DNA of 64,000 bases from Piromyces finnis finn (lineage: Eukaryota; Fungi; Neocallimastigomycota): the NCBI GenBank assembly GCA_002104945.1, contig MCFH01000007.1:620001-684000 (forward strand). The letters are read 5' to 3'. Below, in pieces: positions 24,886 to 39,726 of this stretch (positions are counted from its first letter, which is position 1; each line of letters opens with the position of its first letter). The position numbers were made by a program, and so were the translations under genes. The notes beneath the pieces are model-generated. The model saw nothing but the letters and a program-made list of their open reading frames with translations. It was not told the DNA's origin and did no database searches.

Positions 24886-26748
24886 TATTTATATCTATAT
24901 TTTTTTATATATATATTTTTTTTAATTTAATTTAAAAATGGTTCTTTAAAAAAAAAATATGAAAAAGTAATGAATAATAAAAAAAAAAAAAAAAAAAAAA
25001 GAATTTCTTTTATGGCCTTTTAAAAATTTTAAATTAACTTTTTTTTATTATATATTTATTTATTTATTTATTTATTTTTAATCTATAATTAATATATATT
25101 TTTATAAATCTAATCATCAAGTTCCTTGTTGATAAATAACCACGAAAAAGGCACTGCACTACGGATAACTTTTTTGTGGTTAAAAAAAATAATATTAATA
25201 AATTTTTAATAAGATATCATTGCCACATATTATACATATTATGGTATTTTATTTTTTTTTTGTATAATTATTTTATCCTATTTCATTAATATTCCCTATT
25301 TTTTATTTATTATTTTCAATCTTTATATACTACTACTATTATAATCATTATCACTACTACTACTACTACGCCATTGATTTAATTAAATTATAAACTATTA
25401 CACAGATTTAATTAAACCTGTCAATGATCAAAAAAAAATAAAAATAATAAAATATGTAAAAGGGTTAAATAATAAAATAATTAATTAAATTTAAATTAAT
25501 TTGATGTACAATACATTCATGTAAGATCTTTTTTCAAGCAAATATTAAAAATGGCTTTAGAAGGTTAGTTTGTAAAACACTTTAAAAAAAGAGATAATTT
25601 AATAATTTTTTACAATTAAGTATAGATATTGTTGAATTACATTTATATATTTATAAATATTTTAAATTAGTATTATTATATTTGATAATAATAATTTGGA
25701 GTAAAGATATATATATTATTGTGGAATTATTATAATAGTATAAATGACTTTACTTTTATACAACTATTTTCTTTTTTTTTTAAAAAAAAAAAAAGAAAAA
25801 TAAAACGAAAATAAACTAAACACGATTGATAAAAAAAAACTTCCCTTTCATTTTAATAAAAAAATTCTAATAATTTTAATCGTATTATTGAGTTAAGAAA
25901 TTTAAAGTTTCTAATTTTTTAGCTTTAAATTTTTTTTATTTTTTAAAATGTATTTTTTCTTTAACAAAACAATTCTATGGAAATTAAACTCTTTAGTGTT
26001 AAATATTTTGATTTATAATAAAAATTATAAAAAAAAATTTACGTTATTACTTGTTTATTTTATTTATATTCTTTTTAATCTATTCATCAAACCTTACTAT
26101 ATAACCTAATTATATACATAATTATTTAAATCGAAATTTTTTCGTTAATTTTTTTTTTAAAGTGTTTTAATTTATTGCACTTTTTTTTTTTTTAATTCAT
26201 TTTTCTATTAATCACCGAAACGCTTAACTTTATAGAATCTCTATTAAATCATTTATTAAATAAAGGTATATACTAATGTATAAAGCAATAATATAAATAA
26301 TTTTAAAGATTTGATAAGTAATTATTTTGAATTAAAAAAAAAAAAAATCATGAAAAAGAATATTAATAATGAATATTAAAAAACTTTACTTTATAGTTTA
26401 TATTAATCGAATCGATAATTATTAAATATAGTTATATTGGTATATTACTAATATGTATTAATATACATATATACATATATTTTCAAAAAAAAAATATATA
26501 TATATATATATATATTGTTAAATAAAGATGAGAATTGTTTTAATAATAGTATTGTTAAAATAGGCTATATATTTCATTCTTGAATTAAACTAATTTTATT
26601 TTATTACCCATATCATATATGAATTATTAATTGATCCTTTATATATATACTTTGTACATATTGATATACTAATAAAATTCCATATTATAATACCATCACT
26701 TTAACGCTTTATAAATTAATATAATATAAAAAAAAAAGAAAGAAGAAA

Positions 26749-28102
26749 ATGGCAAATTTTAAACCTTCATATACTGGTACCAATTGGAATAAGCACAATG
26801 GTGTTGGTGTTACATTAATTGAAAATTGGTTTGAAGAAAGAGCTGTTGCTGAACAAATGATTAGTGAAAATGAAAAAGCTCAAAAAGAAATTAATAAAAG
26901 AATGGTAAATTTAACTTTTTTTATGTAGTCCTATTTAAAAAAAAAAAAAAATAAATAAAAAACAAATTAATATTGAATAAATTTTAAATAATTTTCTTAT
27001 GTACTCTTTGATCTTTAATTTCTTCTTCTGATATACACATACAATATATTAAATATGGATTTCAAATATATATTTTTATGTATTTAATAATAACTAAATA
27101 ATTATTTTATTATAAAAAAATGATGATAGATACAAGATTTAGAAAAGGGTAAAGTACCAGAAGAACTTAAAAAAATTCAAAAACAAAGTGACGAAATTGA
27201 CAAGGCTCAAGAAAGATTAAGAAAAGAACAAGAAAATCTAGCAAAGATGAAAGAAGATCTTCAAATAAAAATGGAGTGTATCACAGAAAACCTCGAAAAA
27301 CAAGAAAAAGAAAATAAATCTAATATGCCATATCAGAATGTGCAGGCAGCTACTAATGCATTCCAAAAACATAATATGGGACCAGGTAAAAAAGGAAGAA
27401 TGATGGAAGCCGAATTAATGGAATTAGCAAAGTAATATATAAAAATTATTTAATAAAGAATATATTCATGATTAATATATATATATATAAATTTTTAATG
27501 TTATAATATATTTTTTTAAAAAATAAAATAAAATAAAATAATAATAATTTAATTAATATATATTTAATATTATATATCACATAATTTATATTATTTGTAG
27601 AAAACAATTAGAAAGTGAACCAGATGATGGTGTTGATGAATGGAAATCCACTTTCCAACAAGATTATTGTTTCGATTTTAAATCAAGTAATTTTCACTAT
27701 ATTAAATACCATTATTTCCATTATTTATAAAAAATATATATAATAATAATTATATTTTATATATATATATATTTTTAATTATAGGTGTAAAACTCCCAGA
27801 TCAAGTATGCTTTTTTTTTTAAAAAAAAAAAATTAAAATTTTTAGTGTCTTTGTCTTTAATTAATTATATTTATTACATTTCTTTTTTTTTTTTATAGGA
27901 AACTATACAAAAATATTCTGTTCCAATTACCTACTGGAATGATAATATTAAAAATAAAGATATAAATGTTTATTCCTCAACTTCCGAAAATGAAAAAGAA
28001 CAATGCCAAGGTAATGATATACGTTTCCCACGTCATACCAACTTTACAAAATCAATACATGAATATGGACAACAAGCTAATTCTAAATTCAAAGACTTTT
28101 AA
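26749..28102 (+). CDS. SPAG8: SPAG8/FAP143-like ciliary microtubule inner protein (5 exons: 26749-26904, 27130-27431, 27601-27686, 27785-27804, 27899-28102)
   Basis: NWE-type motif TLIENWFEERA, coiled coil, GKKGRMMEAEL, STFQQDY, PITYW and FPRHTNFTKSI. These parallel the SPAG8 blocks LYNWEEERA, GKREAMLE, VTHHDY, PETFW, FRKNCSFSTPV as recalled from memory. Splice phases are consistent. Confidence 0.65.
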
Positions 28103-29335
28103 TTATTATATTCATTAAATATTTTAATTATTCATTCGAAAAAAAAAAAAAAAAAGAAAACTTTTTTAAATTTGCATAAACATTTAACAATATTTTTTCA
28201 ATCATTACATTTTTAAATTATTAAGCAATATTTTATAAAGAAGTGCATATAATTCTCATTAGAAATACCTTTTTTTTTAAATTATCAACCATTGTAATTT
28301 TCAAAAAAAAATACAACTTTAAAATAATAAAAGTATATAAAGTCCTAATCATTAATATTATTACATACCTTTATGTATAATATTTATAATTTATAATTTG
28401 TCATTATTTTATCATCTGATCATTCTATTTCACGTGTTTTAAAGTTTTTTCAATTATTCATATTATACATAAAATAATATGATTGGTATATTAATATATG
28501 AAAGAATATTATAGAATATTTCTAATTTTAATAAAGTTTACATATATTAATCTGTGGAATTAATTAAAGTCTTAACCCTTTGTATTATGTATTTATCATC
28601 CATTCATCCATTCATTCATGTATTTGGCAGTGTAATTTGGCAGATTAAATAAAAATTATTACTAATACACAATTTAATCAAAAACGGGAAAGATGAAAAA
28701 TAGTTGTTGCTATGATGAAAAGAAGGTGCCTTTTTTTTTTAAATATCAATTATCATTAATAAAAAAGGAATAATATATGCTTATATATTTATCTAGTGTT
28801 TGCGTCATAGATTAACTATTTTTATTTTAATAAATGGTTTATTATTCTTATTTTTATTTATATGATTCATTCATTCATTCATGTGATGCTATGTATTGTA
28901 TTTTTTTTATTCCTAATTCCTTTTTTTTTTTTTTTATTATTATTGTTTCTTAAAGTAATACAAAAAAAAAAGCCTTAAATTATGCCTTATTTTTTGCTTA
29001 TCCTTGTTTAGTGGTCTGGTAAAGTTTTTTATATATGTGGGTTAATTACATTACATTACATTTTATATGGGGAAGATCTAGTTTTATTTTATTATTAAAT
29101 ATATTAATTAGTAATCATTGATTATCATTATCATTGTACATGAAAAGATTGATTAAAACATTTATTATATATTGAAATATATTGTATCATATATTACATT
29201 TAAAATAAAAAATTATATATAAAGGAAAGGACTTTCCGCTTTTAATTTTATTCTTTTAATTAAAATATTCTATTAATTTAATTATATAATCTTTTTATTA
29301 ATTAATAAAGAATAACTATTTTAAAAAAAAAAAAA

Positions 29336-30082
29336 ATGAACACTGATTGGGATTCCGTTACTATTATTCGTAAGAAGCAAGCACGTACTAACACTATTAG
29401 AACTCAAGCTCAATTAAATGCTGCTGGTCGAGAAGGTGCTATTGTTAGTACTCAAAAGAAGTTAAATGTACAATTAGGTGGTCTTAACAAGGGTAAGGGT
29501 AACACTGAAGGTCAACGTGCTGCTAAGATTGATAGAGATACTGGTGAAAATGGTTTCCATATTAACACTGTTTCCAACGATGTTTCCAAGGTCATTCAAA
29601 AGGCTCGTCAAGAAAAGGGTTGGACTCAAAAGGTAAAAAAATAAAATAAACAGTCAAAAAAAAAATAATAATAAAAAATAACATAGCTGATTAAAATTGA
29701 AAAAGATGGGGAAAAAATAAAAATAAAAAAAAAAATAATAATAAATAGCATAGCCTATTAAGATTGAAAAAGATGAGAAAAAAACAATATTTTAATATTT
29801 ATACTATTAAAAGACACATTATAAAAATTAAAAACTTTGAATAAGAAATGAATGAATCAATATTAATATAAATATATTATTTTAAAATTTAAAAATTATT
29901 ATTTCAAATAAATAAAGGAACTTGCTACTAAGATTTGTGAAAAGCCACAAGTTGTTAACGAATATGAAAGTGGTAGAGCTAAGCCAAATCAACAAATTTT
30001 AAGCAAGTTAGAAAGAAACTTAGGTGTTAAGCTTAGAGGAAAGAATATTGGTGAACCACTTACTTTTGGAAAGAAGAAGTAA
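29336..30082 (+). CDS. MBF1: Multiprotein bridging factor 1 (2 exons: 29336-29632, 29918-30082)
   Basis: [74 protein letters not shown] (HTH). Confidence 0.96.
29656..29784 (+). repeat. ~67-bp degenerate tandem duplication in the MBF1 intron
   Basis: CATAGC..ATTAA.ATTGAAAAAGATG occurs twice (TTGAAAAAGATG at about 29697 and 29764). Confidence 0.7.
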
Positions 30083-31447
30083 ATAAATCTAGTTAGTAAG
30101 CAAAAAGTAAAAATATATACCACTGCTATTAATTAGATAAATACCAATTTGTATATACCTGTATAAACAACCTAAAACTATTATCAAACTTCCATCACTA
30201 TTTATACTAAAAAGATAAATTAATGATGAACTAAAAAAAGCAAAAAAAAAAAAAAACGTCATAACCTATTTTAAAAAAATAATCTGCAAATATAATAAAA
30301 AAATAAATTTTTTTATTAATCATAAAATCTTTAAAACAAATACACAAAGTGCACTTTATAAATTGTATATTGGGTATTTAAAAATGAAGAATTTTATAAT
30401 AGAGTATTTAAAAGGTGAAGTTGAGGTAGTAAAAAAGAATAATTTTTTTAAGAATTTTTATTAAACAGTGGATTATTTCTGGGTTATTTTATAGAATAAA
30501 ACCTTTTAACTCATATTTTTATGTCTATTTAAAAAAATGTTTTTTTTTTATTTTAATCTATGATAATGATGTATGCTTTTTTACTTTTTTTTTTTTTTAT
30601 TCATTCAGCTGAATCACCATTCCTTTTAAATATATTTTTAATTACTATGGGTAATAATGGTTTTTTAAAAAAAAGTAATATATATATTTAAAAAAAGAAA
30701 GAAATCAAAATTAAGAGTTTGTGTGATATGTCAACATTTATTATTATTTTTTTTTAAAAAAAAAGATGATCCTACTTTTAATAAGGAGTAGTACAAGTTT
30801 AAAAATTTTTTTTTTAAAGTTTGGAAAAATTTAAAGTTTATGTTATTCAACCATATCATGAAGCATGAAAGACAATCAAAATAAATATCATAGGTTGTTT
30901 AAAAGGGAACAATTTTTCTAAAGGTATTATCCTTCAAATGGAATACACATATGCCATACCTATTGTTTTATTTTATTTTTTTTAAAAAAAAACACATAAA
31001 AATAGAAAAAATAGTAATTATCATCCTATTCTAAAAACCAATTTAATATTGCATTGACATAGTTATATAGATCCATAAATAGATATGATTTTTTAAATAA
31101 TATAAAGGATGTTATACAATAAAGAAATAAATCCACTAACGATAATTACTGTTAAGATATAATAAATGAGAGTTTATTTCATATTTTTTAATATCCAATT
31201 CCACTTTTACGCATACTATGAAAAATACAATACAATAATGAATTATAAATATTTTATTATTATTATTTATACATTTTTTTCTTTATCAATTGCACTCTGA
31301 ACATTTTTTTTTTAAAATAAAAATTGGAGTAATTGTCCTTTTTTATTTTAAACTTTTAAAAGTTTTTTTTTTTTTAAAAAAATTTTATTTGAAAAAACTA
31401 AAATCTTTATATTTGGATTTTGATATTGATACAAAAGGAATTTAATG

Positions 31448-31480
<33 letters not shown>

Positions 31481-34248
31481 AACTATAACCTTAAATATCA
31501 GAAAGTGTAATTCCTTTATTCATTTCAATAATGATTTTTTTTATTACATATAATGTTTCTTTTTTTCTTAAAAGTAAATGGATTCATTTTATTAAATTTT
31601 TTGATACTCATTTTATATCTTATTATTATATATCATAGTTATTGGGTATACATTATTATTGAAGATATCTACATTATCTCATATTATTCATATTATTAGT
31701 ATTATCATGTCAAATTATTATTATTATTACTATTTATTATTATTATTCTAATTATTTATTATTAATTAGTATTTATTAAAATATTTTTATAATATTAAAT
31801 TATAAAATAGATTAAAAAAATAAATAGATTAAATTTTATTTAATTATTTGTTTTATTACATTTTGAAAAGGATAATTATGTTAATATATTTAAACTTTTT
31901 ATTTTTTTTTCGGATTTCATTTTATTTTCGATACTTTTTTTGTTAATAATATATACTAATATATACGGATTTTTTTTTGGCAAAATTTAGGTGATATTCA
32001 GTGAGGGTAGAATTTCATATTTAATAAAATAAAGTTTCTAAAAATTAATTAATTATAATATTAATTAATTATTTTTAAAAAGTTTATTGTTTTTAATAGA
32101 TAAATTAATAAACTTTGAAATTAATTACTACAATTAATTATGTTTTATTAAATAGAAAGTGTTATGATAATATTTTAAAACGATTAAGAAACTTTTATCT
32201 TTTTTTTTTTTTTAAAAAAAAAGAAATATATAGAGTCTAATTAACATTATATAAAAGTTTAATACATGATTAAAGGTATAAAATTTTATTTTTGAATTCT
32301 ATTAAAAATCTATATTTTTTTTTAAAAAAAAACAAACTAAAAAACCATTAAGGTTTTTATCAATTTTTTTATTCTTTTGTTAAAAAAGAAAAAAAAAAAA
32401 GAATATATAATTAATTAATAAATACAAAATTTATATTCATTCAATAATAATTGATATTTAATCGTTTGAAAAAACACTTTATATTGGCTTGATTTTATAT
32501 AGTGTTGTGAATTTTAAGAAAATTAAAGTTGATCCTAAAAATGTCTTTAGAAAATTTTATAGATTTATGTAGTTTATTAAAAAAAATTCTCAAGATCAAT
32601 ATGTGAAATGATTCATAAATTTTAATAAAAAAAAAAGAGAGGTGGTGCTATCTAATATCAAATTTCATTAATCTTTTATCAGTAAATAATATATTTCTAG
32701 CAAATATTTTAAAGTTATTATTAATAAATCTTCCTATTTTTCTGTATATAAATTTTAAAGATTAGCTTTTTTCTTTTCATATATTATTCTATTTTTATTT
32801 AATAAAATTTAATTTAATATATTAATTGATACTGATTTAGTTTTTCTTTTTTTAATTCATACTGAATGGCAAAATTGTGGTTTGGTTTATTTTATTTTTT
32901 TGGTAGATTGTTACTTTGATAAAAAAAAAATAGAAAATTGAAAAAGGATATTGATATTAAACTAAAATCATAATGATAATGATAATAAATAACCTTGCTA
33001 TTATTGTTATTATTATTGTTATAATAAATGAATGAAATGTATAAATTTAAATAATTATTATTCAATAGAAAAGAAAAAAAAAATATTTTTTTTTTTTTAA
33101 TTAATTTATTTAAATAATATTTTTTTTTTTAATTAAATTAATTTTTTAGTTTCCATTACAAGAAATAATTAAATAATCAATTTTTCCAAATTTTAATAAA
33201 TAGAATTAAAGTTAAAATATTAAAAAAATTAAGATTTAGAAATAATAGTTTCAATAATATTAGTATGAAAAAAGTTGTTTTTTTTTTTTTTTTCTTTTTT
33301 CTTTTTTTTTAAACTTTGCTTTCATAATAAAAAAAAATCAATGTTATTATAAATATAATATTAGTAACCTATGTTAAAATTCAAATTTTGAAAAAATATT
33401 TGAATATATCACTGAAACCAGGATTTATATCGATTTTATAATGGAGAGCGTTGCTAATATAAAGTAATATAACGATATATATATGTATATCTATTCATAT
33501 TTATATTGAAAATTCAGTCATAGGAATAATATATATATATTTTATTTGACAAGGCTTGGAAAAATAAAAAAAAAACATGTCGAGAATAAAAAAAAATATT
33601 TAAATAAAAAGAGAAATAATTAAATAATAATAATTTTAAAAATACACTACAAATGTTAAAATTTTACAACAAATATACTATTATAATTACAATGAGATAT
33701 ATATATATATAAAGAGAGATATAAAAAGCTATTCATATATATTATAACAAAATAGTATATTCAAACGTCAGTTAAAATTTAATATTATGCATATCTTTAG
33801 AATGAAAAAGTGAAATTAAAAAAAAAAAAAATAAAGAATTAAAAGTAAAAGACAATATTATATATTCATGTTAAATTATTTTTTCAAAATATAATTTTGC
33901 ATGTTTTTTTTTATGGGAAAAATTATCTTTATTATTTTTTATAAATTAATTTAATTTAAAATATTAATTATTATTGTTATATCTATCTATCTATATTTTT
34001 ATATTATCTTTTATTATTATTATTATTTATTAGTATTGTTCTTTAAAAAAAAAAAAAAAAAAAAAAAAAGGAAAATTCGAGATAAATAAATACTGCGTCA
34101 AAAAAAAAAAAAAAAAAAAAAGAAAGACAACTTTAAAAATAGCATTAAAGGAACAATTCAAAAAAAAAGATAAAGAATAATATCATAAAATAATTTATAA
34201 TAACATACGTATATATTCAAGAAAATAAAAAAAAAAAAGAGAATAAAA

Positions 34249-37200
34249 ATGAATACGACTATTCTTGCAAATAAGAAACTTTTGTCTCAGAAACCAAAAA
34301 AGCAAGAAAAAATCCAATCCCATAGTATGATTAATTCACCACTTAGTTCAACAACAACGACTCTTTCTTCCTCAAATATGTTAAATTCGACAGAAAATAT
34401 GTTAAAGGCTGTAACCCCATTATCGCCATATTCTGAAATTATAAATGATATAGACAACTATCATTCTAAACTTAATAATAATCATATTTTTGGATATGAA
34501 AGTCATTTAAATGAACAAAGTAACCACTTTTCACCTTCATTATCTTTTATTCAAAATAATACAAATTTTATCCATGGTATCAGTACACCTACACTATCAA
34601 ATTCCACTTCCACGGCTTCCATATCATACAATCAAGATATAATGGATTTTCCATCCCCATCTGATTCTTGTACTTCAAATAATGATAATAGTGACGCCAC
34701 AATTATGTATGTTAAATCAAAAGAATCAAATATTTTAAAAAGTAACATCATGTTGGATAAGGAAAGTTGTAATGATAAACTTCAAAAAGGTGGGACTCAT
34801 TCATCTAAAAGTATTTCAAAAAAACCCACTCTACAATTCATGGATATTGACGATGATAATAATAATGAAATAAAAACTGGAAAATTAAAATCGTCTCTAT
34901 CCTCACAAAATACACCCCACATTACAACTAATAAGACCAAGTCATTACCAAAAACCATAGAACCTTTTTATGTTAATGCCAATTCTATGTTAAATAAGGA
35001 ATCCGATCTTCCAACTACAAATCCATTATTATCCTGTTTCCCATTAAATAATTGTGTAATTTCTCCAGAAGGAATGTTAGACAATTATTTAAATAATATC
35101 CCTTATCCTTACTATAATTCATCCGTTCTTCCAAATAATTTTCAAAGAATTGATCCATTAGTTTCTTCCAATACATTGTATAATAATATAGTTGGTAACG
35201 TATTGAAAATTTTAAAACTTTATTAACCTATTTTAATTTAAAATATTTTTATGTTTAATTCATTCCGTTTGGTTATATAATATAAATATTTAAAAAAAAA
35301 AAGAAAACAATTTCATACTAGCAATTTTAAATTCATTCCATTATTATATTCTAATGTATATACATTTATTTATTCTATATTTTAAATTTAATTTTTTTAT
35401 TGTTAATACAAAAATAAAAAAAAAAAAAAGATTCTGAATTATACTTAAAACAAATGAATCAATTATTATTATTAAATCAATTAACTTCTATGCCATCATC
35501 AATTACTCCTTCAACTACTCTACCATTAGAAACATTACCACTTCAAAACTTATTCGTACCATTATCAAATCAAATTCAATTATCTACAACTTCAAAGACA
35601 GATAGTCTTTTAAATTATATTGATTTTGATCGAAAAATCGATACTACATCATCTTTGTTATCCACTACAACTACACCACTAGCTAAAGAGACTACCGTTA
35701 AAAATAAAAATGAAGGTAATAAAGGTACTACTAAAACTATTCTTACTAAAGACTATAAAAAATCTCAAGATACCAAAATCCCACCAATTAAAAACAATAA
35801 TGAGAGCAATAAAGTAATATCCAAAAAAAATGAACACCATAGTCAACCAGATTCTATTAAAAATAATTCGGGAAATAAAGAAACAAACACATTACTTCAA
35901 CAAAATAAGGTAGCAAAAGAGGTTAATGCATTACTTCAACAAAATAAGGTAGCAAAAGAAGCTAATGCATTACTTCAACAAAATAAGGTAGCAAAAGAAG
36001 CTAATGCATTACTTCAACAAAATAAGGTAGCAAAAGAAATCAAATATAATAGTTCAAATGCAGTAATTAAAGAAAAGCCCCTTTCAGACTCAAGAAAAAT
36101 ACCTATCCTTGATAAAACTTTAAAATTAAAGATCACCACTTTTGAGAAAGAACCTTTTGATAACAAAAATTTTGAAATAGTCAACGATAAAATGGTTAAA
36201 ATCCTTCCTTCGAAAGAAAATTCATTTAATATCAATGCAACAACTATTGTTAATACACCTACTATTAAAAGTACTTCAATAACTACTTCTATACCATCTC
36301 CTGTTCCCAGTATTGCTCCATCAGTACCTTCTTCTACTACTACTGCCACTACTTCCATTATTACAACAAATACTCTTTCAACATCTTCCTCTACTACTAC
36401 TGCCGCCACTACTTCCATTATTACAACAAATACTCTTCCATCATCTTCCTCTACTACTACTACTGCCACTACTACGACAGCAAATACCCTTCCAATACCT
36501 TTTTCTACTACTACTACTGCCACTACTATAGCAAATACTCTTCCAATATCTTCTTCTACTACTACTGCCACTACTACAGCAAATACTCTTCCAACATCTT
36601 CCTCTACTACTACTGTCACTACTACAGCAAATACTCTTCCAACATCTTCCTCTACTACTACTGTCACTACTACAGCAAATACACTTCCAACATCTTTCTC
36701 TACTACTACTGGCACTACTACATCAAATATTCTTCCAACGACTTTATTATCATCAAATAAAATTAATTCTACTTCATTACCTACTTCTTTTTCATTAACG
36801 ACAACTCCTCATAAAGCAATTACTCCTCCAACTACCCAAATGACCACACTAAATTCAGGTGGATCTTCCACAATGACATCCCCTCCAATTACATTAGAAT
36901 CACTTTCCAATTTGAATATGGATTTTAATGATATACCAAAATCTGATCAACTTAGCAACATTATGCCAATTTTAAAATCAAATGTAGCTAAATCTTGTTT
37001 AAGTCTACTCAAGGAAACAAAAGGAAAACCTGGAAGAAAAAAGAAATCAGGTACAACTACCAATACTACTACTAGTACCACTACTAGTACTACGACTAGT
37101 GCTACTATTAAAACGGAACCACAAGCAAGTTCTTCTCCTATCAATAAAATTGAACCTAATGAAAGAAAAAATGGTATCCATAAGATTTCTTCTCTATCAT

Positions 37201-38159
37201 CATCACCGTCAATTGATATTAAACCAGTTGTTTCAAAACCATTATCTACTCCTGTTTTAAGTCAAGCCTCAAAAGATATTAAAATTAATCCATCTCTTCA
37301 AAAATATCCTGTTTTGAAACCTAAAAGTCAACCCACAAAGGTATCCACTCCATTTGTATTATCTATTTTGAATCAAATTCATGGAAAGACCCCACTCTTT
37401 CCATTAAATGATGGATTAGATATGAAAAAGGTTCCATCCCTTTTAGATACTACTGGTAAGAAACCATCAAGTATCTTGCCATCTCTTGATAAAAGCAAAG
37501 AGATAAAAAAGGAAAGTACTAAATATACCAATCTTAATTTTAAAAATCATGAATTATCTTCCACTCCTCCTTTATGTCAATCCACTTCCTCCATAGGTAA
37601 ACATTTTCCATTCCCATTGAGTCAAAATCTTCTTCAACAAATGAATCAAAAATTAAATGACCTAGCTTCTCCTTCCTCCAACGATCCATCTAACACATGT
37701 ACTAAAAATGATAAAAAATCAGCATATCAAAAACGTCAAGATCGTCTTTTGAAAAATCGCGAAGCTGCCCATCTTTCTAGAAAAAGAAAAAGAGAACAAT
37801 TACACAAGTTAGAAACTCATGCTCAGGAACTTATTTCGGAGAATCAACAATTGAAAGAAAAAGTTATTGAATTAGAGAAACATAACATTTCTTATCAAGA
37901 AGAAATCAAGGATTTAAAAGAAAAATACGAAGTATTAAAAAATGTTTTAATGACTTCTTCATCTTTTAAAAATTTAAATTTATCTCAATTAGACTTATCA
38001 TTAACTCCAATTCAATCCATCCTGCCATCTAGTGAAACCTCCATTTCAGGTCAAAAAAAAGAAGAAGAATCCCTTTCAACCAATTCCAAAGATACTTCAA
38101 AATGCGCTTCCCCATCGAAAAAACAAAAAACAAATAATATTTTATTTATGATTAAATAA
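34249..38159 (+). CDS. Large bZIP transcription factor of CREB/ATF type (~1224 aa; exons 34249-35194, 35431-38159)
   Basis: Basic region KRQDRLLKNREAAHLSRKRKRE followed by a leucine zipper (about 37730-37930). A phase-1 GT-AG intron joins the two ORFs in frame. Long S/T-rich low-complexity regions. Confidence 0.88.
35892..36038 (+). repeat. 39-bp coding tandem repeat x ~3.8 (LLQQNKVAKEANA)
   Basis: TTACTTCAACAAAATAAGGTAGCAAAAGA at 35892, 35931, 35970 and 36009. Confidence 0.95.
36320..36740 (+). repeat. Coding Thr/Ser-rich tandem repeats (TTTANTLPTSSSTTT-type, ~8 units)
   Basis: Recurring CAAATACTCTTCCAACATCTTCCTCTACTACTACTG variants. Confidence 0.85.
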
Positions 38160-39477
38160 GATGATTAAAAAGAATAAAAATATAATATATATATTTTTGC
38201 TTTTCATTAATAGTAATAAAGCATACTATTAATAACGTTTGTACATAATGATGAAAAAAAAAGAAAGGGAGCATATTCTCTAACTTTATAATCCAATTAA
38301 TAGAAAAAAAAAAGCAAAAAAATAAAAGTATATATATATATATATATATATATTTTTATTCCTTTATAAATTATTATTGCTTCTATGCTATTTGTAGTTT
38401 ATAAGCAAAAATATAATATATAATATAGCCAAAATTTACTTTAAATTTTTGTAAGTATTTTCTTTTATATTGTTTTAGTAAATATATATATATATATTGT
38501 TTATTATTTGAAAAATTAAATTAATTTTTATTATTATTTTTATTTATGCATATATATATATCTATTTTTTCAAAAATTATAGACTATCAAAAAGTAAAAT
38601 AATAATATTACATATATCTATGATAATTCCGTTCTAATGATATTTCAATAAATATCATTACATAACATTTCCTCTACATAACTATAAACAAACAAACAAA
38701 CATCATAATTATTTCTTTTTTGCTTTTTTTTATATATATATAAAAAAAAAAGCTATTTTTAATATAAATATTAAATAATAATATACTAGTATTAATAGGC
38801 ATGATAAATATATGATTAATGGGTAATTTTTTTTTTCTTCTTACTGTACTATAGATATTTAAAATAATCTTTATTTTTCCTATTTATATCAAATAAGAGC
38901 AATTGCTTGATATCAAAAATTAACAAGATTATTTTTTAGGATACTTTTTAAATACTTTTCTATATAATATTTATTATTTTTTTATATATATATATATTTT
39001 TTTTTTAATATATAAATATTTATATTTTCTCTTCCTTCAAATTATATCATTTTACCAAAAAAAAAAAAAAATTATGTATAAAGTACATATGCATTATTAT
39101 TTATTATTTTTGATCCTTTTAATATTTATTTTTATTTGTAAAGCGAAAAACTACTACTTAAATATAATTTATTACATTTGTTACATGAAACTACTACTTG
39201 AATATTAAAACAATTTTCTTAATAAAAAAAATATTTTGCACATACATAAAAAGAGTACCTATTTTTATATATATATATTTTTTTTTCTATTCTTAAAATA
39301 AAGTAAAGTTATACAAGATCTAGAAAATACCTCACTTCAGAGGGCCCGAAATCGATCCCTCCAAAAAGTGGTACATGTTTTCTAGATCATCCTTGTTTAT
39401 CAATCCTTTGTGCTCTTGAATGTAAAAAATATTAATTAATTAGTATGGTAATCCTAACCTATAGCCTTGATTCCTTC

Positions 39478-39712
39478 TGTGAAAATAAAATACATTCCAA
39501 AATAATATTTTATGTATTTTTTATGTATTTGTATTTTATAAAATTATAAATTAATATTGTACTACATTTTTATTCTTTGGTTATTTTTTAATAAAAAGAT
39601 TTTAAGAAAGTTACAATATTTATATTATAAAATAAATATAAATAAATAAAAGATTATAAAAACCCAAATAGTTTTATAAATAAATTTAAGTGTAAACTAA
39701 ATTTATCTGACA
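39478..39712 (+). repeat. 5' LTR (235 bp)
   Basis: TGTGAAAAT...TATCTGACA; no differences from the 3' LTR seen by eye. Confidence 0.96.
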
Positions 39713-39726
39713 GATTAAGAGTCTCA
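39713..39726 (+). promoter_or_regulatory. Primer-binding site complementary to the anticodon arm of tRNA-Lys(CUU)
   Basis: GATTAAGAGTCTCA directly abuts the LTR. Its reverse complement TGAGACTCTTAATC equals nt 27-40 of canonical eukaryotic tRNA-Lys-CTT. Confidence 0.8.

Noticed and set aside
14362-38159. Apparent cluster of stress regulators (HSF1, MBF1, bZIP)
   Set aside because: They are separated by unrelated genes and long spacers; nothing in the sequence indicates co-regulation.
39310-39477. GC-richer relic split by the copia insertion (continues at 45435-45560)
   Set aside because: Every frame has stops and no recognisable motif or RNA family; cannot be named.
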